This document shows positions 1-17,541 of a stretch of 64,000 bases of DNA, one piece after another. The DNA is from the human T2T-CHM13v2.0 reference genome, Homo sapiens: NCBI RefSeq assembly GCF_009914755.1, contig NC_060943.1; one strand, written 5' to 3'. Positions within the stretch are counted from its first letter, which is position 1, and every line of letters starts with the position of its first letter. The translations under genes and the position numbers were made by a program. The notes under the pieces are model-generated. The model saw only the letters and a program-made list of their open reading frames with translations, searched no databases and had not been told where the DNA came from.

Positions 1-3000
1 TCACTGACCCGGCCACTCAGACCTCGGCCGACTTCCCGGCATTTCTGATGACAGGGAGTTCCTACCCAGGGCACGCAGGCGGCAGAGCAGTTATTGTGAA
101 AGAGTGAAAGACCGCGGTTCCACTGGAGAGGGGGAGGATGGAAGCACCAGAACTCCACCGCAGTGGCCAAAGTAAACAGGAAGGTTCCGAGGCAGCGATG
201 GGTAATCTTTGCAGCCGGCAGGCCGGGCCCAAAGTGCTGCCCAGGCGACACTGATGCCCTGGGGGCTGGCGCCAACTTGAGCCTCAACACCCACTGTTAA
301 GGACACACCCCAGACTTGGCCAACAGATGCGAAGTTCGGGTGCCCGGCCTGCTGCACCCAGGGGACTGTGGAGCGCTGAGGGGGGCACTCCCCGGAAGGG
401 TGGAATAACAGAGTCTCTGCTGTTGTAGTAAAAAAGGAATCACAGATTCAGTAAGACGCTCAAGCCACGTCAACGGGAGGCAAGAAGTGGAGCCCCGGCC
501 AACGCGTTTGACTTGTCAGGTCATGATAATTTATTAGCACAGCTAAGCCAATTCCATAGCCAAGGGTAACCACCCCCCTTCCCCCACACCACCTGGACTC
601 TTTCCTTGGCCATTAGGACCAAAGAATTGAAGCTAATCAATTAGCTGTCTCTCTAGGAAGGGTGCCTGGCTGCAGAGGTTAAGTGACAGGCTCTCCAGAA
701 TGTCTTAGAGTGAATAATCTGATTGGTCAGTGGCTCTCCCCCAACTTTATCCCAGCAAGTTCCTTCAAGGCACCAGGAATGCCTGCTGCTGGGAGGCCAC
801 TTTTTTGGAACCTCTGGAATAGACGGCTGGAAATGAGCCGGGGGGCTGTGGTCTCAGGGATTTCCACTTCCCTGCACCTCTGGGACCACCCTGACACCCA
901 CTCCCCAACAAAAGCCCAGGATAAAGGGGAACCTTCCAGGACTGTCCCGGAAAGAGCTGTCCGTCTCACTTCTGGGAAACCATCTGAAAGACAGCGGACG
1001 GAGGGATGGGCACGAGCGCTCCAAGGGCCATCTGGGGACAGTTAGGCTTGGGCAGAGGGCCTCAGCTGGGACACTGCCCTCTCTCCAGGCCAGCTGGCAG
1101 AGGGCACTTGGAACCAAAGGGCCAAAATCCCAAATCAGGCAAACCAGGCAGCCTCTCGAGGGCAGCTTCCCCGGGGCTTTCTCAACGCAGCGTGCGGTTC
1201 TCCCCAGGTGTGGGCTACAGCGGCCGCCGCCTGGCAAAGAGCCGCGAGCCAGCCTTGTTCCAACAGCTTCACACAATTCCTTCAGCCAATGTACCCCACT
1301 TCCTGCAAGCCCTGAAGGCAGGTCTTCAACAACCAGTTCATCTGAAGATTTCCCCTGGTCTTCTGGTGGGAATTCTCAATAGATGCCCTTCCTCTGGGAA
1401 CTTGGACTTCGCCCAGTGGTGGAATTACACCTGGAGTTCGGCTACTGCATCTAATTCCCTCGGAGGCAACGATCCCCTCCCATCCCAGGAGAGGAGAACA
1501 CTGAGGAGTCGTTTCCCCCTTCAGCCTAAATTGATTTTGAGGTCCTCCTGGGCTGAACACGTGCACGTGTGTGAGCCACACATGCACAAACAGGAAGAGG
1601 TGACGAGGCTTGGGCGATCCCATGGAGCGACGGCAACATGAGACCCAATAAAACCCCCTGCGGAATCTTCTCCCGCCAAGCCCAGTCGGGGCCCTCAGTG
1701 GTAACCACTGAATTAGAATGTAAGAGATGGGGAAAGACAGGTGCCCCTCTGTGACAGTCCTCTGAAGCGGAGAGCTGCCCACCCAGAAGGCAGGGGCCTC
1801 TCACTAACAGGTACACCGGGTCCTGGTCCCCTGACTGCTGGCACACTGGGGCTAGGGGCCAGCACCTCCACCCCTCTTCTGGCTCCATCTGTCCTCGTCC
1901 CTCTGACCCAAGGCACAATGACAAAGCGATGAGAAGGCACTCAATGAATTTCTCTCTGGAAACTCTCTAAGAGTGGTGTGTAGACCACCTGGAAATGCAA
2001 GTTCCCCTTTATAGGGTCTGCAGATTCCTGGTAAGACTGACTCTCTGACCACATTGTCAGGGGAGGCCTGGGACAGAGTATTTACGAACCAGGGGCCCAC
2101 AGACGTGTAGACAGTGTACCGGCTATCTCCCACGTTCTCCAGGGGGGAGGGGGAGGAGCCTTGGTGGACTTTTTGAATGTGCACAACCCCAATACAGGCA
2201 TCTGTCACCAGACCAGGTGGGCCTGGCTGCAAAGGGACTGATTCCTAGTTACTTGTATTTAACCAGCAGCTGGCAAAGCTGAGTGCAAAACCTCCCATTA
2301 CGAACCACAACGGGCATAAAGGGAAATGGGACTCTGGTCCCTGCCCTCAACTGCTTCACAATATAATCACTTTAGGACAAAAAAACTGGCAGGTCAGCTT
2401 TCCAGGGAGTAGCTTCAGAGCTGGGAGCAGGTGAGGAATCTGTCACACCTCAGCCAGCAACCTGGGTAATTCGGAGCTTTTCGGGCAGGTTTGGGGAGCA
2501 GCCGAGTTGCAGGAGGAAGAGTCTACCCACCCTTGCCTGCTGGTAGGACTTCTGAGCCTGCATTTCCACATCTGTGAAATGGGCCCCTGGCATCAGAAAC
2601 AAACTTTCCCCGCTGAAGAACATCGTTGTGAGGCAGCTGCTCTCAAACCCAAACCTAGGAGAGCATCTGCAGGACCAGCAAGCAGCAATTCGAGCGTGGG
2701 GGTGCTCCCTGGTCCTTTTGAAGAACGTGACCGCCCAGATGCTGACACCACCTCCCAGCTCCCTAGGCAGCCCCAGTCCCCGTGACCTGCTCTCAGGCCC
2801 TTTCCCAATCTCTTTTCGGCATCTGCTCAGCCTTATCCTTGTCACGTCCCAGTCCCCTCCCCCCGGCCCCAGCCCAGGAAACAAACCACACTCCTTCCAG
2901 ACATAACCCTTAAGTGAGCAGGGAACTCGCTCATCCCCCTGCCAAAAAAAATACAAATACCACAGACAACACCAGCACAGACTTGGGGCGGAGGGGGAAT

Positions 3001-5968
3001 CAAACATGCGGGTTACGGTTGGGGCAAAGAGAACCAGAAAGGCATTTTCCTGGCCATAAGGAAAAGATGTCAATGCTGAGAAGCTGGGAGCCCAGAGCAC
3101 AGTGGGAAATCCTGCTTCTTAGGGGGGTCTGAAAGTCCTAGAGAGTAAAAGAGGAAGGCAAAAAGAGAATCAAAGCCTCCCAAAGCCAGCGACTGGGCGG
3201 AAAGCTGTGCTGTTTCCCACTATAATGAGGCACTAACATTTTGTGGCATCTGGGGGGCTAGTGGGAGCGGAAGCCCGGGTTCTGCTCGATTCAAAGCATT
3301 TTCCCTGTGCCAAGAGTCCCGCAGGGACACTGACCACCAACTCACCTACTTGAGTAAAAGATACCATTCTCTCCTGTTTCCCCAGGGGCCTCCGGCTCTG
3401 TGAGGAAGGGACAGAACCCTTGGGCCTCTCTCAAATTTGCATGAAAGCTTTGCTGGGGAAGCTAGAATCAGACTTTGGGTCCAAACACACTTCCCTCCAG
3501 GAGCAGCTTCCCTTGCAAACACTTCTGCAAGGAGGGAGACCATCACCATCGACGGAACTTTCTGCGATGATGGAAATGCATCTGCATTGCCCGACAGGGT
3601 GGTCAGTAGCTCAGTAGCTCAGTAATGGTGGTTACTGAGTGCTTAAAATGTGGCTGGTGCGATGGAGGAACTGAAGTTGTCATTCGAGTTAGTTTAAATG
3701 TAAATCAGCCACAGATGCTGGTGACTGTGGTACCGGGCAGTGCAAAGCCAGCTCTCTCCCACACCTGTCCACCTGAGTGAGACCTTTATCTCCCTCTGTC
3801 GCAGACCAGGAATGCCACCCATTTCCACCATCCCACTTACATAAGTGACAGCCACCCAGACCTCCAGGGTTCCACACATCACAAGGGGAACAGACACGCT
3901 TCGGCCTAGGACATCTCCCCCAGGGACTAAGGAAGGAGGAAAGGGGCCATACCCTATGCCTCTGTGTGCCCAGCGGGACTTGCCTGGAGGTGGGCTTCAT
4001 TGAAAGTGGACACTAAAGGTATATTTCATTTGGGTTTTTAACTCAATACAGATTGGAAGCAACAAGCTCTGTCCCTTCAACGGAAATCAACTCACACCAC
4101 GCCGTGGAAATCCACCAATCAACTGCTGCAAACTCTTCCTTACCTCTTAAGAAGAAGGCAGCAACACCCAAACCAGATGGGAAGCCATGGGAACTGGGTG
4201 CCAGAAGCATGAGACACCTGTCTCCATGACCCTGTGCCACAGGCGCCGAGATGGGCAGGAGGGAGGATTCTTGCCCCCCACCCATGAAACCACACAGACA
4301 GTGCCACTTCAGTGGCGCCAGCAGCCAGGGACGCCCCAACCTGCCCTCTCTAACGGCGGAGATTTTGGCTGCCACCCCCACAGCCCCACAACACCTTTCC
4401 TGGCCTGGTGCCCCTGAAAGCCAGGGCAGCAGAGGAGGAGGAAGAAATGATCCCATGTTGGGGGCCAGCAATGCTTCTGGGCTTGAGGAAGAGGGGTAGG
4501 GGCTTGGGTATTGGAGAAGAGGCAGCGCAGAGTTGGGTAAAGGGGGTGCCAGGGTGCAGGAAGGCCTCGTGTTTATGAGAACCAACACAGACCAATGGGG
4601 AGGGGCCGTCCAGAGCGTTTAGGGAGGTTGGGGAACCCACCCACCCACCCTGGGTTTCAACTGAGGCTCTAAGATCCTGGGGGAAAAAAACAGAAAATGA
4701 GGTGGAAGGAGGGAGAGGGTAGTGGCTGAAAGAGACATCAGGACTCATCAGGCTGATGGGCGTTAGATGAAGTGGGAGATCCTGAAGGCAAAGGTTGTAC
4801 AGGAGACTGCAGGACTGTGACGTGACCAACCAGCCTGGGAGGGAGATCTGGACTGGGGTCAAGTGTGGGGAAGCCTAAATCGGGATCCCAGGGGCGGAGA
4901 GGGCCCAAGCTGAGGGGAACAGCAGGCCATCAGTGACTCAAAGGTCTGGGGAATCCAGGTCAGAGAAGAAACTGCTCCTGGTCCTGGTCTCAGAGCAGAG
5001 GGTCTGAAGGTGAAAGAGACAGCCCCGCCGGGTCCGAGGGAGAGTGACCAGGGCCTGAAACTAGAAGGGGGCTGAGGCGGCAGGGTGGGTCAAAGAAAGA
5101 AGTCTGAAAAAGCAAGTACAAAGAGAGGGGACACTCCAAACAGGCCTGAGTCCCTGCAGCAGAAGACCGAAGGCCAGGGTCCTAGGGAGTCAGAGGAGCT
5201 CAGGCCAGGGCTGGGGTTGGGAGAGAAAGGGATGCCCTGGCTGCAGCCGGGGCAGGATCAGACGGGAGAGAAGGCTCAGGTCCAGGTAGGGGATGGGTGG
5301 AGATAAAGCTTAGGCTGGGCCGGGGTTCAAGGAAGAGAGACGCCGCAGAGCAGGGTCCCAGGGGGCCGGGGACGCCTCATATCTGAGCTGAGGTTGAAGG
5401 GAAGACAGACAGCAGGTTGGGGACTCTGGGAGTTTGAGGCGACTCGGGGACAAGGGTCCAGACAGGAAAGGAGACAGTGACTGGCCCTGGACCTAGAGAC
5501 GGAAAGGTCTACTGGGCAGATCCGAGGGGCCCCGGGAGGGGTCTGAACAGGGCCCAGATCCCAGGAAGTGCCTGGAAGGAGCTCTGGGCCAGGCTGAAGT
5601 CCCGAGAGCTGTCTTGAGGTCCCTAAGCCGGGCTGGGGTCCCCAGGGGCGTCCCAGGTGGATGCAGGTCGGACTGGCGTTCCGAGGGGTCTCCCGGGGGT
5701 CTCCGAGCCAGGCTGGGGGGTCACCAGGGGCGTCCCAAGGGGCTCCGGGCCCGGCCCGGGTCCCGAAGGGTGTCCGAGGCGCCCTGGCCGGGGTCGCGGA
5801 TGGGGGAGGGGCGCCCCCGCCCCACATAAAGGCCCGAGGAGCGGCGGGCGCGCACAAAGCGGGCGGGCGGGCGCGGAGCGGGGAGGCCGGGACCGGGGAG
5901 GGCCGGGCGGGCCGGCGGGCGGGAGGGGGCCGGGCGGGCTGCGCAGGGGCGGCGCGGCCGCTCCTCAC
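1..5968 (-). other. MLLT1: MLLT1 intron 1 (5' part; continues beyond window start)
   Basis: Follows the exon 1 donor. No ENL exon 2 sequence (CTVQVRLELGH...) seen in the window. Alu-free and relatively CpG-retaining. Confidence 0.85.
3543..3745. mobile_element. MER3-like hAT/Charlie non-autonomous DNA transposon
   Basis: GAACTTTCTGCGATGATGGAAATG...TGAGTGCTTAAAATGTGGCTGGTGCGATGGAGGAACTGAA...AGCCACA resembles the MER3 consensus; small internal (TCAGTAGC) triplication. Confidence 0.75.
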
Positions 5969-5980
5969 CTGATTGTCCAT
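5969..5980 (-). CDS. MLLT1: MLLT1/ENL (YEATS-domain super-elongation-complex subunit) coding exon 1: ATG GAC AAT CAG (MDNQ)
   Basis: Minus strand reads GCC ATG GAC AAT CAG|GTGAG: strong Kozak context, MDNQ matches the known ENL N-terminus, canonical donor at 5968-5967, inside a CpG island and next to ACER1 as expected from synteny. Confidence 0.92.
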
Positions 5981-6018
5981 GGCTGGCGCCCCGCCCCGCC
6001 CCCGGGCCCCGCGTCGCT

Positions 6019-6045
6019 CGCCGCCGCCGCCGCCGCCGCCGCCGC
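6019..6045. repeat. (CGC)9 trinucleotide repeat in MLLT1 5'UTR
   Basis: Direct read of pure CGC units. Confidence 0.95.
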
Positions 6046-6069
6046 TCAACGCCGCCCCGCCGCCCTCAT
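6046..6069 (-). other. Upstream ORF MRAAGRR* in MLLT1 5'UTR
   Basis: ACA ATG AGG GCG GCG GGG CGG CGT TGA; A at -3; ends 65 nt before the main ATG. Translation not demonstrated. Confidence 0.6.
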
Positions 6070-6080
6070 TGTCTGTCAAG

Positions 6081-6106
6081 CGCCGCCGCCGCCGCCGCCG
6101 CCGCCG
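6081..6106. repeat. (CGC)8+ trinucleotide repeat in MLLT1 5'UTR
   Basis: Direct read of pure CGC units. Confidence 0.95.
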
Positions 6107-6653
6107 ATCCCGGCCGCCCGCTCGCCCGCCAGCCCCGCGGAACCGGAAACCACCGCCAGCCCGGGTCGCGCACCGATCACGGGCCCCCGCCGCCGACTAG
6201 GGCCCGCCGCATCGACTGACAGCCACCTGGGCCAATCGACGGCGCGGACGGCCGCTTGTGGCGCGGGACTTCCTGCCTGGCGGGGGCCTGCCGGGCTGCG
6301 GCCGGAGGGACGAAGCCCGCAGCCAATGGGAGGCCGGGACCGGAGGGGCGGGAGGAGGGAGGGAGGGAGGCGCGAGGCGAGCCTGGCGGAGGGGAGCGCG
6401 AGGTGTGCGCCGCACGTGGAGGGGGGCGGGGGCGGGACGGGCGCGCGGCGCCTGCGCGCTGCGGCCCGCAGGGGGCGCTGCCTCGTGGCTGGAGCCTCCA
6501 GGGCGGGAGCGTCCCGGGGGCTGGAACTGAGGTTACGGGTTCGAGCCCTGTGGAGGGATCCCCCAGCCCCCCCGGTAGGGACACTTTTGTTTCCTGACCT
6601 CATGATGCTGCTATGTAATGGAACGAGCCCTGGGCTCTGGAACTGGAGATTAA

Positions 6654-6929
<276 letters not shown>

Positions 6930-7104
6930 TAATTTTCTAATCTTGCATAATCCTTGGCAAACCTGGTCAGCCCCTTCTTCACCTTTCCCTGAGTCTCAGT
7001 TTGTGCATCTGTGAAATAGGTTGAAGAACAGTACTGTGTGATTCTTCATGCTAATTTGAATGATACAAATTTGAAATCGTGCTACATTCAAATGACCCAA
7101 GAGA

Positions 7105-7680
<576 letters not shown>

Positions 7681-8237
7681 ATTTTTTTTTTGAGATGAGG
7701 TCTCTGCTGGAGTGCAGTGGCACAATCGTGGCGCACTGTAACCTAGACCTCCTGGGTTCAAACAATTCTCCCACCTCAGCCTCTCAAGCAACTAGGACTG
7801 ACTGCAGGCTCATGTCACCACGCCCGGCTAGTTTGGTTATTTATTTATTTATAGAAAGAGCGATCTCACTATGTTGCCCAAGCTGGTCTCCAACTCCTGG
7901 CCTCAGGCAATCCTCCTGCCATGGCCTCCCAAAGTGCTAGGACTATAGGCATGAGCCACTGCGCCCTGAACAAAGATATAATTTTTAAAGAGAGAATCTC
8001 ATGTTATCCACAAAATTTTAAATAATACCCATCTCTCAAAAAACTGTTTTGATTTATTGAGGATCACAAAATTTTACAATGACCTGTAAACTGTGTTTAT
8101 GTGGGAAATAGGCATAACCCCATTTTTTCAGGACTTTATAAGCCACTTGTCTCTTGGACATTAGGACTTCTGCCTGTGATTTGGGGATCCTTGTGCAGTT
8201 ATTTTAATTCCTTCTTGTCATTAAAAATCGGGTTGTC

Positions 8238-9120
8238 ATTTACAAGAAAGAAACAAACCACCCCATTAAAAAGTGGGCAAAGGACATGAACAGACACTTC
8301 TCAAAAGAAGACATACATGCGGCCAATAAGCATATGAAAAACGCTCAACATCACTGATCATTAGAGAAATGCAAATCAAAACCACAATGAGATACCATCT
8401 GACACCAGTCGGAATGGCGATTATTAAAAAGTCAAAAAACAACAGATGTTGTCAAGGTTGCAGAGAAAAAGGAGCACTTTTACACTGTTGATGGGAGTAT
8501 AAATTAGTTCGACCACTGTGGAAGACAGTGTGACGATTCCTTAAAGACCTAGAGGCATGAATAATGTTCAACCCAGCAATCCCATTACTGGGTATATACC
8601 CAGAGGAATATAAATAATTTTATTATAAAGACACATGCACGCGTATGTTCACGGCAGCATTATTGACAATAGCAAAGACGTGAAATCAACCTAAATGCCC
8701 ATCAGTTATAGACTGGATAAAGAAAATATGGTATATATACACCATGGAATACTATGCAGCCATAAAAAGGAATCAGATCATGTCCTTTGCAGGGACATGG
8801 ATGGAGTTAGAAGCCGTCATCCTCAGCAAACTAACGCAGGAACAGAAAATCCAACACCACATGTTCTCATGTATAAGTGGGAGCTTAATGATGAGAACAC
8901 ATGGTAACATAGTGGGGAACAAAACACACTGGGGCCTGTCAGGGGGTGTGGTGGGGGGAGGGACAGCATCAGGAAGAACAGCTAACAAAGGCCGGGCTTA
9001 ATACCTAGGTGATGGGATGATCTGTGCAGCAAACTGCCATGGCACACGTTTACCTATGTAACAAACCTGCATATCCTGCACATGTATCCCTGAACTTAAA
9101 AGTTGGATTAAAAATAAATA
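8238..9120 (+). mobile_element. L1PA 3' fragment (end of ORF2 + 3'UTR)
   Basis: AAAAAGTGGGCAAAGGACATGAACAGACACTTCTCAAAAGAAGACATAC...GCAATCCCATTACTGGGTATATACCC...G-rich tract...GAACTTAAAAG and A-rich tail. Confidence 0.93.
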
Positions 9121-9226
9121 ACCCCTCTTTAAAAAATCAGATTGTTGGGGCACACGTTGTTGGGATCTCCTGTGAGCTGTGTCATGGGCAAAAAGTGATA
9201 AAATTGTTTAAAAACGAAGAAAAAAT

Positions 9227-11800
<2,574 letters not shown>

Positions 11801-11814
11801 AATGAGGAAGGAAC

Positions 11815-11901
11815 TGAATGTCTACTGACACATGAGCGGATAAACTAAACATGGTTTATCCATGCAATAGAAGCTTATTCAACCTTAGAAAGGAAGAAAA
11901 T
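11815..11901 (+). mobile_element. L1MB-like fragment, left part (continues at ~25104)
   Basis: GGATAAACTAAACATGGTTTATCCATGCAATAGAAGCTTATTCAACCTTAGAAAGGAAGAAAAT; colinear continuation ATGAACCCTGAAGACATTATGCTAAGTGAAATAAGCCAGACACAAAAG after the provirus. Confidence 0.75.
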
Positions 11902-12004
11902 AGGGTGTGGTGGTGTGCACCTGTAGTCCCAGCTACTTAGAAGGCTGAGACAGGAGGATTGCTTGAGCCCAGGAGTTTGAGGCTGCAGTGGGCTATGATT
12001 GCAC
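11902..12004 (+). mobile_element. Alu right-arm monomer (FRAM/AluJ-like), left piece, split by ERV insertion
   Basis: ...GAGGCTGCAGTGGGCTATGATT-GCAC then switches to LTR; resumes GCAC-CACTGCACTCCAGG at 25058. Confidence 0.88.
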
Positions 12005-13890
12005 TGATGGCAGTGGCTGGCCATCTGGACTGGCCACCACCATCATACTAGCTGCAGCACAGAGGAATGGCCAGGACTGCATGTTCCATAGATCTGGCAG
12101 AAGCTGGTGACAAGTGGGAGCCCCGCCCCTTCTGCATTGGGGTGGGAGCTCCCTGGGTGGTGCTGCAGCCACTAAAGCCATGGCTACAGACCTGGGCATT
12201 ACTGGGCTCTCAGGCCCAGAGGCAGGCAGGAGCCCCACCCTCCCAGGTGCAGCTGCAGCTGTCCAAACTGCAGCTGCAGATTAGGAGTCCCTGCACTCCT
12301 AGGGGCCCGGGAAGGTTCCCCCTGCCCTTGCAGGCTCAGAAATGTCTGCTTCCACTGCTTGGCTTCTCCCTGCTGTTGGTGCCCACTCCATCTCAAAGCA
12401 AAGTTGGGGCTGAGCCCCAGAGCTGTTGCAGCCAGGCAGGGTGTGCACAAACTTGGGGCAGCACAGACACACCAGCCCCCTGCTACCTCAGCCCCATCTG
12501 GACTTCGGGCACCAACGAGCATAGGAGGGAAGCCAAAGGGGGGGCTGAGGGCAGCTCAGTGCTGACCTGCATGCGCCCCTTGGCACCTATAGCCTGGGCA
12601 CCATCAACAGCAGCAGGAGGTAGACAGGTTCCTGGATGGAAGGGGATGGGTCCCTGGTGAGGCCCCACCTTCAGGCCAGGGAGGGCCTGAAGGCTAGGGG
12701 CTGGGCTACCAGCCCCATGGACTGGAGTGGAAACATGTGATGCCTTTTCCAGGCCTGCTCATGGACCAATCAGCATGTGTTTTTTCCCCTCTGAGGCCCA
12801 TAAAAGCCCTGGGCTCAGCCAAAGCTGGGCAGATATCGGGATGACCAGCTTCAGAGAGCAGCTACCAACTCCAGGGCCTCCTCTCTGCTGAGAGCTGCAG
12901 AGACGTCGGGACTACCAGCTGCAGAGAGGAGCAACTCACTCTAAGGCCTCTTCTTTGCTAAGAGCTGGGATGAACATGGGATGACCTGCCTGCAGAGAGA
13001 AGCAACCCACCCCAGGGCCTCCTTCTGCTGAGAGCTGCAGGGAATGATGGCACAACCTGCTTGCAGAGAGGAGCTACCCACTCCAGGGCCTCCCCTCTGC
13101 TGAAAGCTGGGCAAGCAATGGGACAACCTGCCCGCAGAGAAAAGCTACCCACTCCAGGGCCTCCTCTTCACTGAGAGCCACAGAAAATGACAGGATGGAC
13201 TGCCTGCAGAGAGGAGCTACCCAATCCAAGGCCTCCTCTGAGCTACTCTGTCGCTCAATAAAGCTCCTGTTCACCTTGCTCACCCTCCACTTGTCCACAT
13301 ACCTCATTCTTCTTGGGCACAGGACAAGAATTCAGGAACTGCTAAACAGCAGGGCTGAAAGAGCTATAAAACCCACAGGGCTGAAACATGCGCCTTGCCA
13401 TGTTGTGGGTGAAGAGAAGGAGAGAAGAGCTGTGGCCCTTCAGGGACCTAGGAGCTCCCTGAGCCAGGGCTGTGACTCCCTCTTTGGACCCCAGTGTTTC
13501 CTATAGTCTCCAAGCTTCTGAGTGCCACTGCATTCCCTGGTGGCAGCTGTAGAAGCTGCTTATGGTGCACCTGGTCTGGCCGCAGCCTCTCAGAGAGCCA
13601 GGGCCCCTGCCAGCACCTGGAGCTGTCTGCTCTGCTGCAGCAGCTGGTGTGCCTGGCTGCATGCAGTGGCCGGACCTCATGCTTGCTTGCTTGCTCACAC
13701 ACCCCTCGCCCCTCCATGCCTGGCTTGCCCTTGGCAAGTGTGAGATCCAGGCTAGTAGTGTGAGCTGAGCACAGCCTGCCAGGCCGTGTGGGTGGAATGA
13801 GCCCAGTGGGCCCGAGCAAAACTCAGGCAAAGGTGCCACCAGCCACAGAGGTTTCCAACCAGAAATCAACACCCCAAGGATCCTGCAACA
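12005..13890 (+). mobile_element. 5' LTR (MER52-type, ~1.89 kb)
   Basis: Starts TGATGGCAGTGG, ends CCCCAAGGATCCTGCAACA; CCAAT 12766-12770, CATAAAA 12799-12805, AATAAA 13257-13262. Confidence 0.88.
12851..13240 (+). repeat. ~71-bp tandem repeat (about 5.5 copies) inside the 5' LTR
   Basis: GCAGAGAGGAGCTACCCACTCCAGGGCCTCCTCTCTGCTGAGAGCTG... units start near 12851, 12921, 12992, 13063, 13134, 13206. Confidence 0.9.
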
Positions 13891-13894
13891 TTTT

Positions 13895-13912
13895 TGAGGG
13901 CTCGTCCAGGAT
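13895..13912 (+). promoter_or_regulatory. Primer binding site for tRNA-Pro
   Basis: TGAGGGCTCGTCCAGGAT, 16/18 match to PBS-Pro TGGGGGCTCGTCCGGGAT, immediately after the 5' LTR. Confidence 0.88.
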
Positions 13913-14559
13913 CTGCAGAAGGGTGAGTGAAAGGGTGAGTAAAAGCAGATCTGCTCTTTCTGTCCCTTTTTAGGAGTCCCTAAACTCAACAATAGCTAAA
14001 ATGAAAGAAAAACACCAGGCCTCTATTAGCCAGTTAAAATTAACTAGCAGAGATGCTGGACTTAAAACATGGATGATAGCCTTGCTGGGGAGGACACTGT
14101 CAATCCCTCATCATCCTCAAGTGTTGAGAATGTTGGGTTTGTTTCAATCCCGTTTCCTTTCATGAGGTCTACCTGTTACATGGGACCAGAAGGAGGTCCT
14201 GGGGCAACTGAGGGTATCTGGCTGAGGCTATGCCTCAGTGTTATCCAAAGGCCCCTGGACTAACTCCTGAAACTCAAGTCCCTAAGCGCCCATTAGGGTG
14301 TTGTTGGCACTAGGACCTCCAGTCTCCTATCTTTCTTTCTTTCATGGTTGTCAAGGTTCTTATCTCTTCTTTTTTTTTTTTTTTTTTTTTGAGATGGAGT
14401 CTTGCTCTGTCGCCCAGGCTGGAGTGCAGTGGCATGGCATGATCTTGACTCCTGACCTTAGGTGATCCACCCACCTTGACCTCCCGAAGTGTTGAGATTA
14501 CAGGCATGAGCCACTGCACCCAGCTCCTATCTCTTCTTTATATACAACATTAAATTTCT

Positions 14560-14614
<55 letters not shown>

Positions 14615-15069
14615 AGACAGAGCCTTGCTCTGTCGCCCAGGCTGGAGTGCAGTGGTGTGATCTTATCTCACTGCAACATCTGCCTCCAAAGTAGTTGGGA
14701 TTTCAGGCATGCACCACCATGCCTGGCTAATTTTTGTATTTTAATAGAGATGGGGTTTCACCATGTTGGGCAGGCTTGTCTTGAACACCTGACCTCAGGT
14801 CATCCACCTGCCTCGCCCTCCCAAAGGGCTGGGATTACAGGTATGAGCCACCGCATCCAGCCTACAATGTTAAATGTTAAGAATGTTGCTGCAAAACAGA
14901 GAAATTACTGGATAGAATGAGCATTTGGCTTAGTCATCAAAAGTATAAAATGGAAGGTTAAGAGTAGCACAGATGAGCAAAGTGTGCCTTGGTATCTGTA
15001 CATAATTTTGTGGGAAAAATGTTATTGTCATTTCCTTGGTTGCCATCTTGGTGCAAGGCACCTTGAGGC

Positions 15070-17270
<2,201 letters not shown>

Positions 17271-17314
17271 ACAGATGGATTCTAGGGCTCCTTTCCCAAG
17301 CTCTGATGGTTCAG

Positions 17315-17450
17315 ACCACTATTACCATCCAGGAGCCCTGGGTTGAAGGGAGGAAGGTAGCCACCTCCTGGACTCTGGAGCAGGCCTTTCAGTTCTCCTC
17401 CCCAACCCAGGCCCCCTTCCTCTCTTAGCACGACTGTAAGCAGCATCTCA
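17315..17450 (+). pseudogene. Retroviral aspartic protease N-terminal remnant
   Basis: CTC CTG GAC TCT GGA GCA GGC CTT TCA GTT CTC = LLDSGAGLSVL at 17365-17397, just after gag. Confidence 0.75.
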
Positions 17451-17541
17451 GGTCTTCTTCCCCACCACGCCAGGAGTCAACATAGTCTTGTGACTACAGG
17501 GAGCTTTTCTCTGTGGGGTTACTTTTGTTTCCGTTAGGGAG

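Larger units (their letters stand above)
5600..6580. promoter_or_regulatory. MLLT1: CpG island / MLLT1 promoter and 5'UTR
   Basis: Extremely GC- and CpG-rich. CCAAT boxes at 6232-6236 and 6323-6327, tandem ETS CGGAA-CCGGAA at 6138-6148, several GC boxes, E-box CACGTG near 6413, CTCF-like CCCGCAGGGGGCGC at 6465-6478. Confidence 0.92.

Noticed and set aside
12851-13240. Repeat-spacer-like periodic array resembling CRISPR
   Set aside because: Degenerate ~71-bp tandem units whose variable parts are related to each other, inside a eukaryotic LTR, with no cas genes.
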